DNA of 63,270 nt, the filler included, from Eremomyces bilateralis CBS 781.70 (taxonomy: Eukaryota), in the NCBI GenBank assembly GCA_010015585.1. It is 5 parts of 4 records of this genome, joined end to end, with 100 filler letters (N's around TTAATTAATTAA, not from the genome) between each part and the next. Parts side by side here need not be neighbours in the genome. Positions count along the whole stretch, not along the records: positions 47,436 to 58,194 come from ML975206.1; positions 58,295 to 60,915 come from ML975218.1; 3 more parts are not named here. One strand, written 5' to 3'. The notes below the pieces were generated by a model. It saw only the letters and a program-made list of their open reading frames with translations. It did no database searches and was not told the DNA's origin. Positions 47,436-59,481 of the stretch are shown in pieces. Position numbers and translations under genes: made by a program. Positions within the stretch are counted from its first letter, which is position 1. Every line of letters starts with the position of its first letter.

Positions 47436-50343
47436 CAAAATGGTTCACGAAGCTAGACATCATCGCAGCTTTCAACAAGATCAGAATAGCCGAAGGAGAC
47501 GAGTGGAAGACAGCCTTTCGAACCCGGTATGGACTCTATGAGTTCCTAGTGACGCCTTTCGGACTAGCCGGAGCGCCAAGCACTTTCCAACGCTTCGTCA
47601 ACTACACGTTACGCGAGTTTTTAGACTGGTTTGTATCCGTGTACGTCGACGACATTCTGATCTACACGGACGGTTCCTTGGCGGAACACAAGAAACAAGT
47701 CCGCATGGTCTTGGAGCGCCTGAGGACTGCAGGTCTACAAGTCGATATCACCAAGTGCGAGTTCTACACCCAACGAGTCAAGTACTTAGGTTTCATTGTC
47801 GAAGCTGGGAAGGGAATCTCTATGGACCCAGAGAAAGTCGCGGCGATCTTGAATTGGGAAGCTCCAAAGACTCTCCGAGGCCTACGCGGATTCCTTGGTT
47901 TCGCGAACTTCTACCGAGGGTTTATCAAAGACTACTCTGAGCTAGCGATAGCTTTGAATAACCTAACGAAGAAGTCTAAGCAAGAGCTCCCTTTTAAGAT
48001 GGACCAAGAAGCTTTACGGGGTTTCGAGCTTTTGAAACAAGCGTTTGCCAAAGCACCACTTTTAAAGATGTGGGAAGACGGAAAGGAAACAATTCTAGAC
48101 TGCGATTGCTCAGGCTGGGCGTTAGGAGCAGCAGTTTACCAATATGACGACCAAGGGATGCTTCGACCCGTCGGCTACTCGTCACGGAAGCTAAACTCTG
48201 CCGAGTGTAACTACCCGATTCACGACAAGGAACTGTTGGCCATTATCACGGGCTTAGAAGAGCACCAAGACTGGCTAACCAGTTGTCCTTTGAAAGTTAG
48301 GACCGATCATCGAAACCTCCAGTACTTCATGCAGGAGAGGAAGCTATCTGAACGACAAGCAAGGTGGATGACATTCCTTTCCCGCTTTTCATTTAATATC
48401 GAATACCGACCAGGCCGCCTGAATACTGTTGCCGACGCACTCTCCCGGAAGGATGAAGATGTTCCACAAGACAGTAGCGACGAACGTCTCCAAGGGAGAG
48501 TCGCGCAGTTAATTCCGAGCGACCTAATCGTACGAGCAGCGCCAGTGCAACTAGAAGCTGTGCCCCAACCCGCACTATCGGAATCGTTATAAGAGCTATG
48601 GAATGCCTCAGTTGAGGGAGACAAAGTTTACCAAGCGTTCAAGTTAGCATCAGAAAAGGGTGAACGATATGCCCCCGAAGAGTATCGAGGCCTGAAGAAG
48701 TCTATGTCTGATCTACGGGTACAAAACGGGTTTCTACTCTATCGCGGGAGATATTGGGTACCAGAGAGTGAACCGTTACGAACAAGCATCCTTTAGGAAA
48801 GTCACGACTCGCGCTTAACAGGGTACCCCGGGATAGAAGGCATGATTAGCATCCTGTCAAGGAAGTACTTCTGGCCTAAGTTTCACGAGGACGTTCGTCG
48901 TTTTATAAGGAACTATCAGTCCTGCGGAAGGAACACAGTATAGAGAGATCGAAAACAAGGCCTACTCCGGCCCCTGCCGGTTCCGTTAAGAATCTGGAGC
49001 GAAATCTCTATAGACTTTGTCGTTGACCTTCCAAAAACGCGCTCAGGAAACCGACACCTCCTTACGATTGTTGACAGGTTAGGCAAAGGCGCGATCTTTA
49101 TCCCCTGTAAAGATATGGAAGGAGAGACAGTGGCAGCTATGATGATTAAGCACTACATTCCATACCACTTGCTACCAACAGCCATTACATCAGACAGAGG
49201 AGATGACTTCGTCAAAGGAGTCTGGAAACAAATCTGCAAGATGTTAGGAATTAAGCAACGATTGTCAACTGCTTTTCACCCAGAAACCGATGGAAGTATA
49301 GAAAGGATGAATCAGGTCTTAGAAGAGTACCTCCGACACTTCTGCGATTTCTTCCAAGATGATTAGGACGAGCACCTCCCAACTCTTCAAGCCTCCGTGC
49401 TCGCACGAACGGCCTCATCGACAGCAATAAGCCCGTTTTTCTTAAGCCATGGGTATCACCCGAACTTAGGAGACTCTCTCCAGCTGCCAGACCCGAACCC
49501 TGACGATGACGCGCTATTAACTAGCAAGGAACAGAAAGGAGCAGAGATAGTCCGGAAACTGAAACAGTGCCACGAGTTCGCATCGACTATAATGGCTCAC
49601 GCGCAACAACGACAAGAAGATATCGCGAATCGGAGACGGAACCCAGCCCCGAAATACCAAGTAGGAGATAAAGTTTGGCTCGACATCCGCTACTGGAAGA
49701 GTGACCGTTCACGAAAGAAAAAGCTTAGCCCGCTCCACCACCGGTTCACGGTTTTAGAAGCCATCGGAGGAAGCGCCTATCGGCTTGACACACCAGGGGA
49801 ACGTCATAACGTTTTCCACGAGTCGCTTCTCCGCCCTACGTCAGATGATCCCTTCCCGACTCAAGTTTAAGACGATGTTCAACCAGACCCAATACTGGTA
49901 GATGGCGAAAAAGAGTAGGAGCTCGAAAAGATCCTGGCGGACCGAGTCGTTCGAGGCCGCGGCCGAGGAGGACCTCTGAAGCGCCAATGCCTGTGCCAAT
50001 GGACCGGCTACGCAGACCCGACGTGGGAGGATATCGCAATGGTTCAAGATACTGTCGCATTAGATGACTACGAAGCTCAGACGGGCCGAAACATTGCTTC
50101 CGAAGCGTTAAGGGCAGGAGATAGACGGCCTCCTTAAAAGGGAGGAGAGACCTTTTGTGACAGTCTTGGGCTTTGCCCAGTCTGTGTGTTGTGGCCTTGC
50201 GGCCTAAGGCAGAAGGGATGGGTAGACCGTTTGCCCACAGATGTAAATAGCAGATCGCAGTGAGAGAGATCTTCTCCTTCTCTCTTTAGCAATTCAACAG
50301 CGTTACCAGCTTACCAAATCCTTCGTGGTTTGGGCCCTTGACA
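47436..50343 (+). mobile_element. Gypsy-A retrotransposon, 3' half (RT, RNase H, integrase, chromodomain, PPT, 3' LTR 50156-50343)
   Basis: YVDD, DCDCS, NYPIHDKELLAI, ITSDRG, ETDG..ER.NQ, chromodomain-like tail, PPT AAAAGGGAGGAGAGA; RIP stops. Confidence 0.95.
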
Positions 50344-50527
50344 GGTTGATCGAGTATAGGAGATAGTTCCTGCTGCTTTTCCTGCTGTTTTTCCCGCTGC
50401 CACTCCCGCTGTGCCTTCCTAATTACCGCCTTACGCTCCTTCTGACCACGCGCCTCGATATGGCGTTTCGCCTCACCAGCTTACAAAGCACAGGTCTAGC
50501 TAAGTCCTATTTTAACCTGGCGGCGAC

Positions 50528-50593
50528 TGTAAGGTCACGAGATGGTTGTGGGCATAGAGTGAGATGGTCACGAGTAATAGACGAGTAGTGGAC
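50528..50593. mobile_element. Partial LTR family B
   Basis: Nearly identical to 258-323; cut by LTR C. Confidence 0.85.
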
Positions 50594-51446
50594 TGTAAGA
50601 GTCTCACTGTCGGGAATCTCCAATCGTGAGGCAAACATTGAATTGTTGCTATAAAGGAGGAATCTATCTAAAGTGTGCGAGGCGTTATGTCCTGATGCTA
50701 CACAGCAAACGGGCCACAAGGCCACAAGGCATCCAGGTCTGCGGACCTCTGATCCATCACACTACCCCCTCCTTCAAAACACGCGAAGTCCACTGAGCGC
50801 TCTATCTAATGATACAATGAGGTCGTCGTCCTAATCATCTTTTTCTTCAATCAATTTGGGCGCAAGCTGTGCCCAGAGCTCGTCATTTGTAAAGGCTGGG
50901 TGGATGTCCGGCGCGTCCTTGTGTTTCTCGTGATACGCGATAACGAGGTCCCTCGAGCCCATGACATCCTGCCATGGCTACTACTCTAGTTTCTGATTCC
51001 ACTTATTCTAGCCCTTGTAATGAGCTTTGTACTATAGAGTACCTTTCTTCCCGGAGGTCTTATCTTTGTTCTTCTTATTAAACCTACAGTTAACGATCCT
51101 CGTTGAGACGGTTTGATCGCAGAAGTTACGAGAACCACTTTCATTTATTGCAAAGCTAAAGAAGAAGAGCTATCTACGACGCGTGCGCGATGTCTAAGAC
51201 TTCGACAGTTGACTTAGTCACGTGACTATCATTCAGGAGACAGGCCACAGGCCTGGAACCATAACACTCGTAACTTCCTAATTCTCCTCCCCTTCTTCGT
51301 CTAACTTAGCGGGAGCGGGAGGTATGTTTTGACCGGGGAGAGGTGTCCCGTCGTCGAGGTGCAGGAGCTAAGGGTGAAAAACCGGGTGGACGTTCTTGAT
51401 AGATGAAGGCAGCTCGAGCTCGTAGGCCATGTCGTGAATGGCGCGG
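50594..51446 (-). mobile_element. 3' end of a Gypsy-C element (chromodomain relic, PPT, 3' LTR C 50594-50761)
   Basis: PPT GAAGGAGGGGGTAG directly before TGTGATGG on the minus strand; VHPVFH and chromodomain-like coding relic. Confidence 0.85.
51104..51266 (-). mobile_element. Solo LTR family E
   Basis: TSD CTCGT. Confidence 0.92.
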
Positions 51447-51956
51447 TGTTATGGGCATGGCCCATGGTTGGCATAGGCTGAGAGCCTAAGCCTAATCAAA
51501 CCTAGCGTAGAAATGGAACCTCATTAAGATTCCTCTGTCACAGCTACCTTGTACTCTTTATATCAATCTAGAATATCTTTGGCTACGCGTATGTTGTGTA
51601 CATCTAGCTACCGTGCCGTAACATAGATTAAGATCTCTAAATTCCATCATACTTGATAACTCGTGAAGGAAACGCGCTCTCTATTCCCTCATTAACCCCT
51701 ACCGCCCATACTCCTAGGTTAGAAGTATCTCTCGAAGAGATTACTAAAGGCTTCGTAAGCATTAAACTCGATATGCCTAAGCAAAGTACAGCCGACCTTT
51801 TGAGTATGCTCGTTACCGCCCTCACTACTGCGAATAAAGACCGTGATACCTCCTCGAAAGCTATACGATAGCCAGAATAGGATGGTACTAAGGACGGCTA
51901 TAGCCTATTCAAGTAGACGATCGAGTCTAAGATCGAGTAAGAGAAAGGACGTTTAG
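51447..51956 (+). mobile_element. LTR family D (51447-51623) followed by a degenerate gag-like start
   Basis: TGTTATGGGC...CCGTAACA; inverted copy at 51957-52133. Confidence 0.75.
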
Positions 51957-52876
51957 TGTTACGGCACGGTAGCTGGATGCACACAACATACGCGTAGCCA
52001 AAGATATTCTAGATTAAGATGAAGAGTACAAGGTAGCTGTGACAGAGGAATCTTGATAAGGTTCTATCTCTACGCTAGGTTTGATTAGGCTTAGGCTCTC
52101 AGCCTATGCCAACCATGGGCCATGCCCATAACATTACCCCCCTCCTTACTCGGTATATAATACGAGAGAGGGGGCGGTAGCGGGACGATAGAACAAACGA
52201 AAGTCATGCAACGCTCCTGCCAACTCGTGATAGCCTCCATAGCGGTCACTACCGCTGCGCGGCTCCTCCGGGGTCCCGTCCGGGCTCCAATGTCCTCGCT
52301 AACACCGTCGCCTTTACCGTACTTAGCCTTAAACCGATCTAGGTCTTACACCTCTGTAAATTCAGACCGTGGCTGCCAGTCAGGATCCGCATAGCCTTTC
52401 CATTTGATTAGCAACTGTCGTACCTATCCACGGCCGACTCGCTTCTTCTCCGCGCGAAGGATACGCTCGACTTCGTACTCGGCGTCAGTTTCCTCCGTTT
52501 AAGGCACTAATGGGGGTGGTTGAGTGTCGTCGGTCTCCTAGGATGGTAGCGTATCGGTTGCGGCGCGGCGGAGTAGGTCAACGTGGAAGCGGCTGTAGAT
52601 ACCACTTGGTAGATCGGCTAACTCGTATACTATACGAGAGATCTGTTTCTCGATGGTGTATTTGGCTTAGGTCCACGATAGCTTCTTCTACTACTGTAGA
52701 GTATTAATATTCCGAAAATTTAACCACACCTTGTCACCTCTCTTCAATGTCTTAGCGGCTTGCCGTGATCTGTTTGCGTCGTTTTCTATCCTTTGCTGGG
52801 ACTAGGCCATTGCGGCCTAGGCGTACTCTTATGCCTCCTCTATTCGCTGTACGAAGGTCTCCGCATCGGCCGCCGG
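51957..52876 (-). mobile_element. 3' end of a Gypsy-D element (integrase tail/chromodomain relic, PPT, 3' LTR 51957-52133)
   Basis: EYEVERIL..LIKWKGY..DWQP chromodomain; PPT AAGGAGGGGGTAA next to the LTR. Confidence 0.85.
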
Positions 52877-53105
52877 TGTTATGGTCCCAGGCCTGCGGCC
52901 TGTTCCCTTGGTTGTGGCTGAAGACGTGGCTGGTGGATTATATCAGAGAAGCAAACAAACATGGTAACACAGCAGTAGGGCATTGGAGAGGAGAGTCGCT
53001 ATCTCGCGCACAAAGGTGCCGGGAGATTTCTTCTCTCTCTCTCTCTCTTCAGTTTAGATTAATGGAACTTGGTAATCGCAGACCTTGCGCATCCAGACCG
53101 TGTCA
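52877..53105 (+). mobile_element. LTR family F
   Basis: Near-identical to 43735-43965; no TSD. Confidence 0.9.
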
Positions 53106-53201
53106 CGAGAAGCCGAAAGGTTGAGGTTAACCGTCGGTGGCCTATGGTTTTCCCTCCTTATCTGGCCGTTTCCTAGAGAGGGGATACGTGTCACGACGGG
53201 G

Positions 53202-53389
53202 TGTTATGGGTTGAAACCCTTGGTTGGCTCAGGCTGAGAGCCTAAGCCTGATTAGGTTAAGGGTAAATCAGAGTCTAACCTCTCCGATGTAAACAAGAAA
53301 GCTTCCCTTTCTTGTTCTCTTCTTTAGCTTAATCTAGAATATCTTTGGCTACGTGTATGTTGTGTGCATCCAGCTACCGTGCCGTAACA
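53202..53389 (+). mobile_element. LTR related to family D, truncating the patatin NLR
   Basis: TGTTATGGG...GCCGTAACA; the 3' half matches LTR D. Confidence 0.85.
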
Positions 53390-56300
53390 GTCTCCATCAC
53401 TTGTACCTCCAGCTCTTCGGCCTCTTTCCATCGGCCTTGTTTCCTGTACGTCGACGCCAGGTTGGCCATGCTGGTCAGCGTGTCTGGATGCTCTGCGCCA
53501 AGCACCCTCGAGCTCGTCTCNNNNNNNNNNNNNNNNNNNNNNNNNNNNNNNNNNNNNNNNNNNNNNNNNNNNNNNNNNNNNNNNNNNNNNNNNNNNNNNN
53601 NNNNNNNNNNNNNNNNNNNNNNNNNNNNNNNNNNNNNNNNNNNNNNNNNNNNNNNNNNNNNNNNNNNNNNNNNNNNNNNNNNNNNNNNNNNNNNNNNNNN
53701 NNNNNNNNNNNNNNNNNNNNNNNNNNNNNNNNNNNNNNNNNNNNNNNNNNNNNNNNNNNNNNNNNNNNNNNNNNNNNNNNNNNNNNNNNNNNNNNNNNNN
53801 NNNNNNNNNNNNNNNNNNNNNNNNNNNNNNNNNNNNNNNNNNNNNNNNNNNNNNNNNNNNNNNNNNNNNNNNNNNNNNNNNNNNNNNNNNNNNNNNNNNN
53901 NNNNNNNNNNNNNNNNNNNNNNNNNNNNNNNNNNNNNNNNNNNNNNNNNNNNNNNNNNNNNNNNNNNNNNNNNNNNNNNNNNNNNNNNNNNNNNNNNNNN
54001 NNNNNNNNNNNNNNNNNNNNNNNNNNNNNNNNNNNNNNNNNNNNNNNNNNNNNNNNNNNNNNNNNNNNNNCACCTCCAGCTCTTCGGCCTCCTTCCATCG
54101 GCCTTGATTCCTGTACGTCGACGCCAGGTTAGCCATGCTGGTCAGCGTGTCTAGATGCTCTGCGCCAAGCACCCTCTTTCTCGTCTCCTTCACTTGCACC
54201 TCCAGCTCTTCGGCCTCCTTCTAATGACCGCTCTCGTAGAAAGCCAGTGCAAAATTGCTAGAGTCATCTATATTCTCTAAGGAAATCTGCTCTTTGGTGG
54301 GGCTATGGCTTTGAACCACTCTGACGTGTGGAAGCAATTGCCGACGGAAAGCATAGTCTTCTGTGAGGAACCTCCAGCTAATTGACGATAATAGTAGAGC
54401 CTTTACAGCATCTAACTGGCAAGGTCGACGAGAATGTGATATATGATTGCGAGCCCATGAGTGGACCAAGACATGCATGGAAAAATAACGCTTCGTTTCG
54501 TCTTGCTTGACCAACGAATACGATAGAAGCGTAGAAATTCCCATATTAAGCTGGAATGGGTCCCAAATTCCGTTCTTATCTAGCTTCAAAAATTTGAAGA
54601 GTTCTATACGGTGGTTAGTCGTGTGTTGTAACCTCGGATCGCTAATTTGATGTCCACTCTCAGTAGCGCGCTTGAAGATATCTTCTATTATGCCTTCATT
54701 ATGGAAGAACGCAAAGAGATCTAGGAGCGCTAGCCTAGCTCTTGCATTTTCAGATTGCTAACCACCATCTTTCGCAATACTCTCTAAAGTATTATACGAG
54801 ATGTCCTAGGCTGTATACACGGCTTGATTGTATCGTGATGAGCCTTTGAAAGTGCGATCACTCATCATTTGCTCTCGGTGGCTGTTGAACATGTTAACGT
54901 AATTCTCAAATCGGCATCGACCCATGTGTATCGATGCACCAGCGATGTCTATCGCTAGAGGGAGGAAACCTAGCGCATTTAAAATCGGGTAGGCCTTTTG
55001 GCGTAGATTCCCGTCTATTTCCCTTTGGCCAACTCTTGAAGCTCGTAGGAGCAATGTTATAGCGTCCTCTCTTTCCATCTCGATGATCGCCGAAATAGCT
55101 TCAGAAGGAAGAGAGTGACCAAGAGAGGGATCTCTGCTTGTATATAGAATGTTGCCGCACTCGTCACTAGGCATCAGATCGGCTAGATCTTCGTTGCTCG
55201 GGAAGTTATCGAAGAGAAGAAGCCATTCTTGGCTTAGAGCCGACAACCACCGCAGTACTTGACCAATGTGGTCACGATTCTGCGGATCCCCTAAACTGTT
55301 CTCGGCTGCGATACCTCTATGGCTTTGTTCGGCCGTAGATCTGCTGGTCGCATCAATCCAGAAGATGCGCCTGAATCTGTTTACCATTAGAGGGGTATAA
55401 CGCTGCCATAGATTGACTTACCTAGATTGGTATGTCTGCGAGAACTGCAAAGCAATTTGCGTTTTCCCGACCCCTCCCATTCCATATAGTAAGAATTCCC
55501 TTCTTGGACTTGAGCCATTTGGTCTCTCTGAGAAGAAGACTTCTAGGGTCTTTAGTACATCCTCGCGTCCAGTGAATATCCGGCTGGGCGCTGGTTTTGG
55601 TCGTACTTGTACCGGCTGGGGTAAACGAACAACTTGTGGGACACCGCCTTTGAAAGGATTAGCTAATGCAACTAAGCTATAGTTAGTTATCTGATCCAGT
55701 AAACTAACAAATACTTCCCAGTGTTAGTCCGGGGCTCTCAGACTTGCACAATATCTCTACTACCTCGTCAAGAGCCTTTGAAACAGAGACATCCGACATA
55801 TACGCATTTGTATGCTCTGTCAACTCGCCCATTTTCTCCCATTCTTCTAGTGAGATGCTCTCTGCACCATGAACTATATTAAAGCGGTAATAGAATTTTT
55901 CGAGATCTTTGAATCTTGCACTTAAAGCATTTGCCTTTTCCTCGCAGTCGGTGGCAATTTTCTTCAGTACTTCAATCAGTTTTGTCGGTAGGACTTTTTG
56001 AAACGCGTCTGGCCTTGCCAAACGGATTATTCCGGTATGACCAGTACCGATGCTCACAACACAGTTCACCCGGCGATTGTTTCCGAAAATGTCCCTTGCT
56101 TCATTCAAAACTTCGTCTACCGGATTGTTGCATCGTAGCCCTCCATCAAAGAACTCTTCTTTGGCCTGACCTTCCTCGCCGATCTCGATGCGTTTAAAGA
56201 ACGTAGGAGCTGCCGTGGTGGCGCGAGCCGCTTCCCAAATTCGGCAGTTCGTACTCGGGTTCGATCTGATGGTATACGTTCTGAACCGTCGCGGATGTGC

Positions 56301-56870
56301 CATATTACGCGCGGGCATCGCACAGACAAAAGCTTTTGCGTTCTTCGGAATATCTGTAGATGAATCGAGCATAAACTCGCCCAGGCCTTTCTTTGTAACA
56401 ATCTCCTGCACCTTCCTCTCAAGCGTACTAGCTTTGAATGTCCCATCTTGAACGCCCCACTTCTTATTCTCTTTTGAAAATATGTCACTCGCGAGAACGT
56501 TGTAGGTCTCGAGAGCCTCTTTCGTCGTTATTCGCAATCGGCCGAGCATAAGCGCGATAAGACTAGTATGATTCCAATTCAGCATAAATTCTGCCCTACC
56601 AGATAGAGGTGAGAAACAAACGCACCCTCCAGTACTTGTTCCTCCGATCAGATAGAAATACTCGCAAGGCCGAGGAAGCTTAGGAAGTTTCTGATCATGC
56701 TGGACACGACGCATTATCTTATTCAAAATCAACAGCTCAGATAAACCACGAATGACCCCTCCATCTAAGCAATTTCAGTGAGGTCGATCGCATCAACGCG
56801 TCCAATTTTCCATACCAAGGGCGAGTAGGTTGATCGCTTGATCGACCACAAGCGAGGCGTTCTCTGCCAT
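53390..56870 (-). pseudogene. Patatin-like phospholipase - NB-ARC - TPR NLR, RIP-damaged
   Basis: LLALDGGVIRG, GTSTGG, ARATTAAP, DGG; FTGRED, YGMGGVGKTQ, WLLLFDN, ILYTSR, FLPLAI; TPR units HLDTLTSMANLASTYRNQGRWKEAEELE; TAG stops at ~54806, ~54758 and 54221. Confidence 0.92.
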
Positions 56871-57188
56871 CCCTGACAGACTGCTATAGGACAATTTCGC
56901 CGGAAAATTGACTTGAAGAGCAGAAGGGAGCTTCCAGCCTTTGATAGAATAAATGTGCTTCAAGTAACCTATGGTAAGTGACTCGTTTCTCTACATAAGG
57001 GAATCGCGACGTTGCCAGGCTGGTGGGTAGTGACGAGCTCCTCCACGCAGGGAGCTCTGGTCTCAACCAAAAGCATTAGTCTGCCAAGGCCCGGCGGAGA
57101 ATTAGAGTCTGGATCCACAGCGCTAGTTGTCGCAGACCAAGGTTTCATCTATGGGTTTTCCCCACAACGTGCACGGCACCACTCCTTA

Positions 57189-57707
57189 CACGGTCCACCG
57201 CGTCATAAGCGCTCGCGATGGGCACTCAGTTTTGCAGCCATTCGCGCCCATATACAATAGAGATTTAGAAAAAATTGTTGTTATGACATTCTGAGATACT
57301 ATAAGCTTATTTAGGGCCCAAATCGAAGTCCTTAAGATATCGTGGTGGCCGGGAAATGCGACCTCGCCGCGTCTGAGTCTCCATTCCTTCAGATTCCTCC
57401 CCATCGCTATCTAGCTCCTCCACATCGCTGCTGATTACCTGCGGCTGTACAATTTGCTATGGAGAGGCTTCTTTTGCTCGTTTTCTGGTGTTTCGAGGTG
57501 TTTTTAACTCTTGGAGAAGCTGTGCCTGTGCCGATCTTGCCTCACGATCAGCCTGTCGAATGGCCCTACGTCGAGCAAGCTCTACCTCTCTTTCTGCCGC
57601 CCTAATCTGACGGTCCTGTGCCCGTTGAGCAACTTGTTCCGCTCGTAACCTATCATTCTCTGCCCTCTGAAGTGCTTTATTCAGTTTTACCTGTGCTTTC
57701 CGTACCT
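57189..57707 (-). mobile_element. pogo/Fot1-like transposon 3' remnant
   Basis: Coiled-coil/basic C-terminus ending TRRGRISRPPRYL; TIR-like CACGGTCCACCGCG next to a TA. Confidence 0.6.
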
Positions 57708-57845
57708 TAGGCCTCGGATGGGTGCGGGTTCAACCCGCAAAAAACGGGTTGGGTGCGGGTTCTTGGCAAACCCAAACCCAAACCCACCCGCAAACCGGCG
57801 GGTGGGGTGAACGGGTTGGTCTAGATTGCTTTTATATACACGAGG
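57708..57845. mobile_element. hAT-like terminus with subterminal repeats
   Basis: Starts TAGGCCTCGGATGGGTGCGGG; multiple CGGGTT/AACCCG repeats in both orientations. Confidence 0.55.
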
Positions 57846-57847
57846 CA

Positions 57848-58194
57848 GATTGATTTATTACACAAGTTGAACTTTTGGTAAAGTAAAGAAGAAAATAAAG
57901 AAAAGTAAAGAAAAGATTAGGAAATTAGTTTAAAAGAAGGTAGGGGCGGGTTCTATATCGTGTTAAGAGAATCGAGAGTTGTCCGTCTAAGAATTTCGAC
58001 CCTGCGTAGTTCTTCTGTAGGTCCCGGTAGAACTTGGCTGTTTTGAGCTCGCAGAGGCCGCCGACGGAGAGAACTAGGGGGGAAAAGTCCTTTCCGTGGG
58101 CCCGATACTTTGCAATCTTGGCCTTGGCCGCCTCGTCGAGGACCTGAAGGGGTGGCCGAGCTTTAACGGAGCTCGCGTGGACGGAAACGACGGT
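57848..58194 (-). mobile_element. 3' end of an RLE-type (CRE-like) non-LTR retrotransposon
   Basis: Open 90-codon frame TVV...AKAKIAKY...FSPLVLSVGG ending at 57925, T-rich 3'UTR, AATAAATCAATC end. Confidence 0.6.
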
Positions 58195-58294
58195 NNNNNN
58201 NNNNNNNNNNNNNNNNNNNNNNNNNNNNNNNNNNNNNNTTAATTAATTAANNNNNNNNNNNNNNNNNNNNNNNNNNNNNNNNNNNNNNNNNNNN

Positions 58295-59030
58295 GTACTT
58301 ACCCAGTGATGTTGTATTCTAAGCCAACTATTATATTTTGCGGTGCTAGGTCGCCATGGTCGAGAGCGTACGGCGCGCCTTCTAGCTTGGTAAACAGCAC
58401 TTGGGGAAGGAGACTTCTCTGGTGGATACAGACTTGCTCAGTTATGTCGGGAAGGCGGCCATTGCGTACTCGATAGGTATTGTTATCGATTCTCCTCGAG
58501 AAGAAATTTGTGGCTGGTTCCCCTGTAATGCCCAGTAAGCAGTTGATTTCGAAGGGGGACAGCTAGACATACTGTTCTCTTGGGTACACTCAATGAGAGA
58601 TATCTGTATCGCGGCAACTTGACCAAGTATTTTATTACGAATAGGCCTTGATGGGTAGCTAGGAGTCCAGCGAAGAGGCGAGCCTTTAATCCACGATAAC
58701 ACCATAAACGAAATCCAACCGAGTTCTCGAAGGTGAAATTAGAACCATGGAATATTGGAGCCCAGAGAAAGCCATTCTCGCGAATCTTTCGAAGTATATC
58801 TTGTTTCTCTTGGAGGATGCTTATGATGGCGTCTTGGGAGTTACTCTGTACGTGGATCGGAATGCGTACAGACCAGGCTTCTCCGTTCGAAAAGATCGCT
58901 TTGAAGATACGAACTGACCACCATCCAAATAGTGCTCATCCAGTACCGGAATTTCGCCGCCAGTCCGGAAAGTGGAGATAACGATAGAGATGTTTTCCGA
59001 GTGGAAATTTTGCAACAAGACAGATGGCAT
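58295..59030 (-). pseudogene. APH/choline-kinase-like phosphotransferase fragment, frameshifted
   Basis: WSVRIP, VGFRFMVLSWIKGSPL, ALDHGDLAPQNIIV; runs into the assembly linker. Confidence 0.75.
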
Positions 59031-59481
59031 CTTGGCTACCCTGAGAACTTGGATCCCAAATTTGGGATTCTATTTGCCGGCTTCTAAAAATAATTAGGGG
59101 TCACTTTCCTTATTGGCTGGGCATTTAATTGGCTGCAGGTCAGCCTCTAACTTGTTTGTGAACAGCATATAACGAAGCCCGTGTATACTGTACTAATTGC
59201 GTTATGACTCTACGGATACAGTAGCTGAGCTTAAGCATCATCCCCGCATAAATGCGACAAAGTCTGTAGGGGTCACCAAGGTCGCGGTGCGCCAGTGCTA
59301 TAGTGACGTGCCAGCTCTTGGCTTGTTCAATTATTTAAAAGTGGCTGGATCTGTGGCTGATGACCAGTCACTTCGCTTGGCAAATAAAATCAAGCTTGAC
59401 TTTAACCGACTTCTAACTCTTCTACGATTGATATTTGCCGTATCTCCATTCTTTGCTCCAACATCGCATTTATACAAAATT

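Noticed and set aside
57765..57790. Telomere-like (AAACCC)n
   Set aside because: Only three copies, not CCCTAA, and embedded in hAT-like subterminal repeats.
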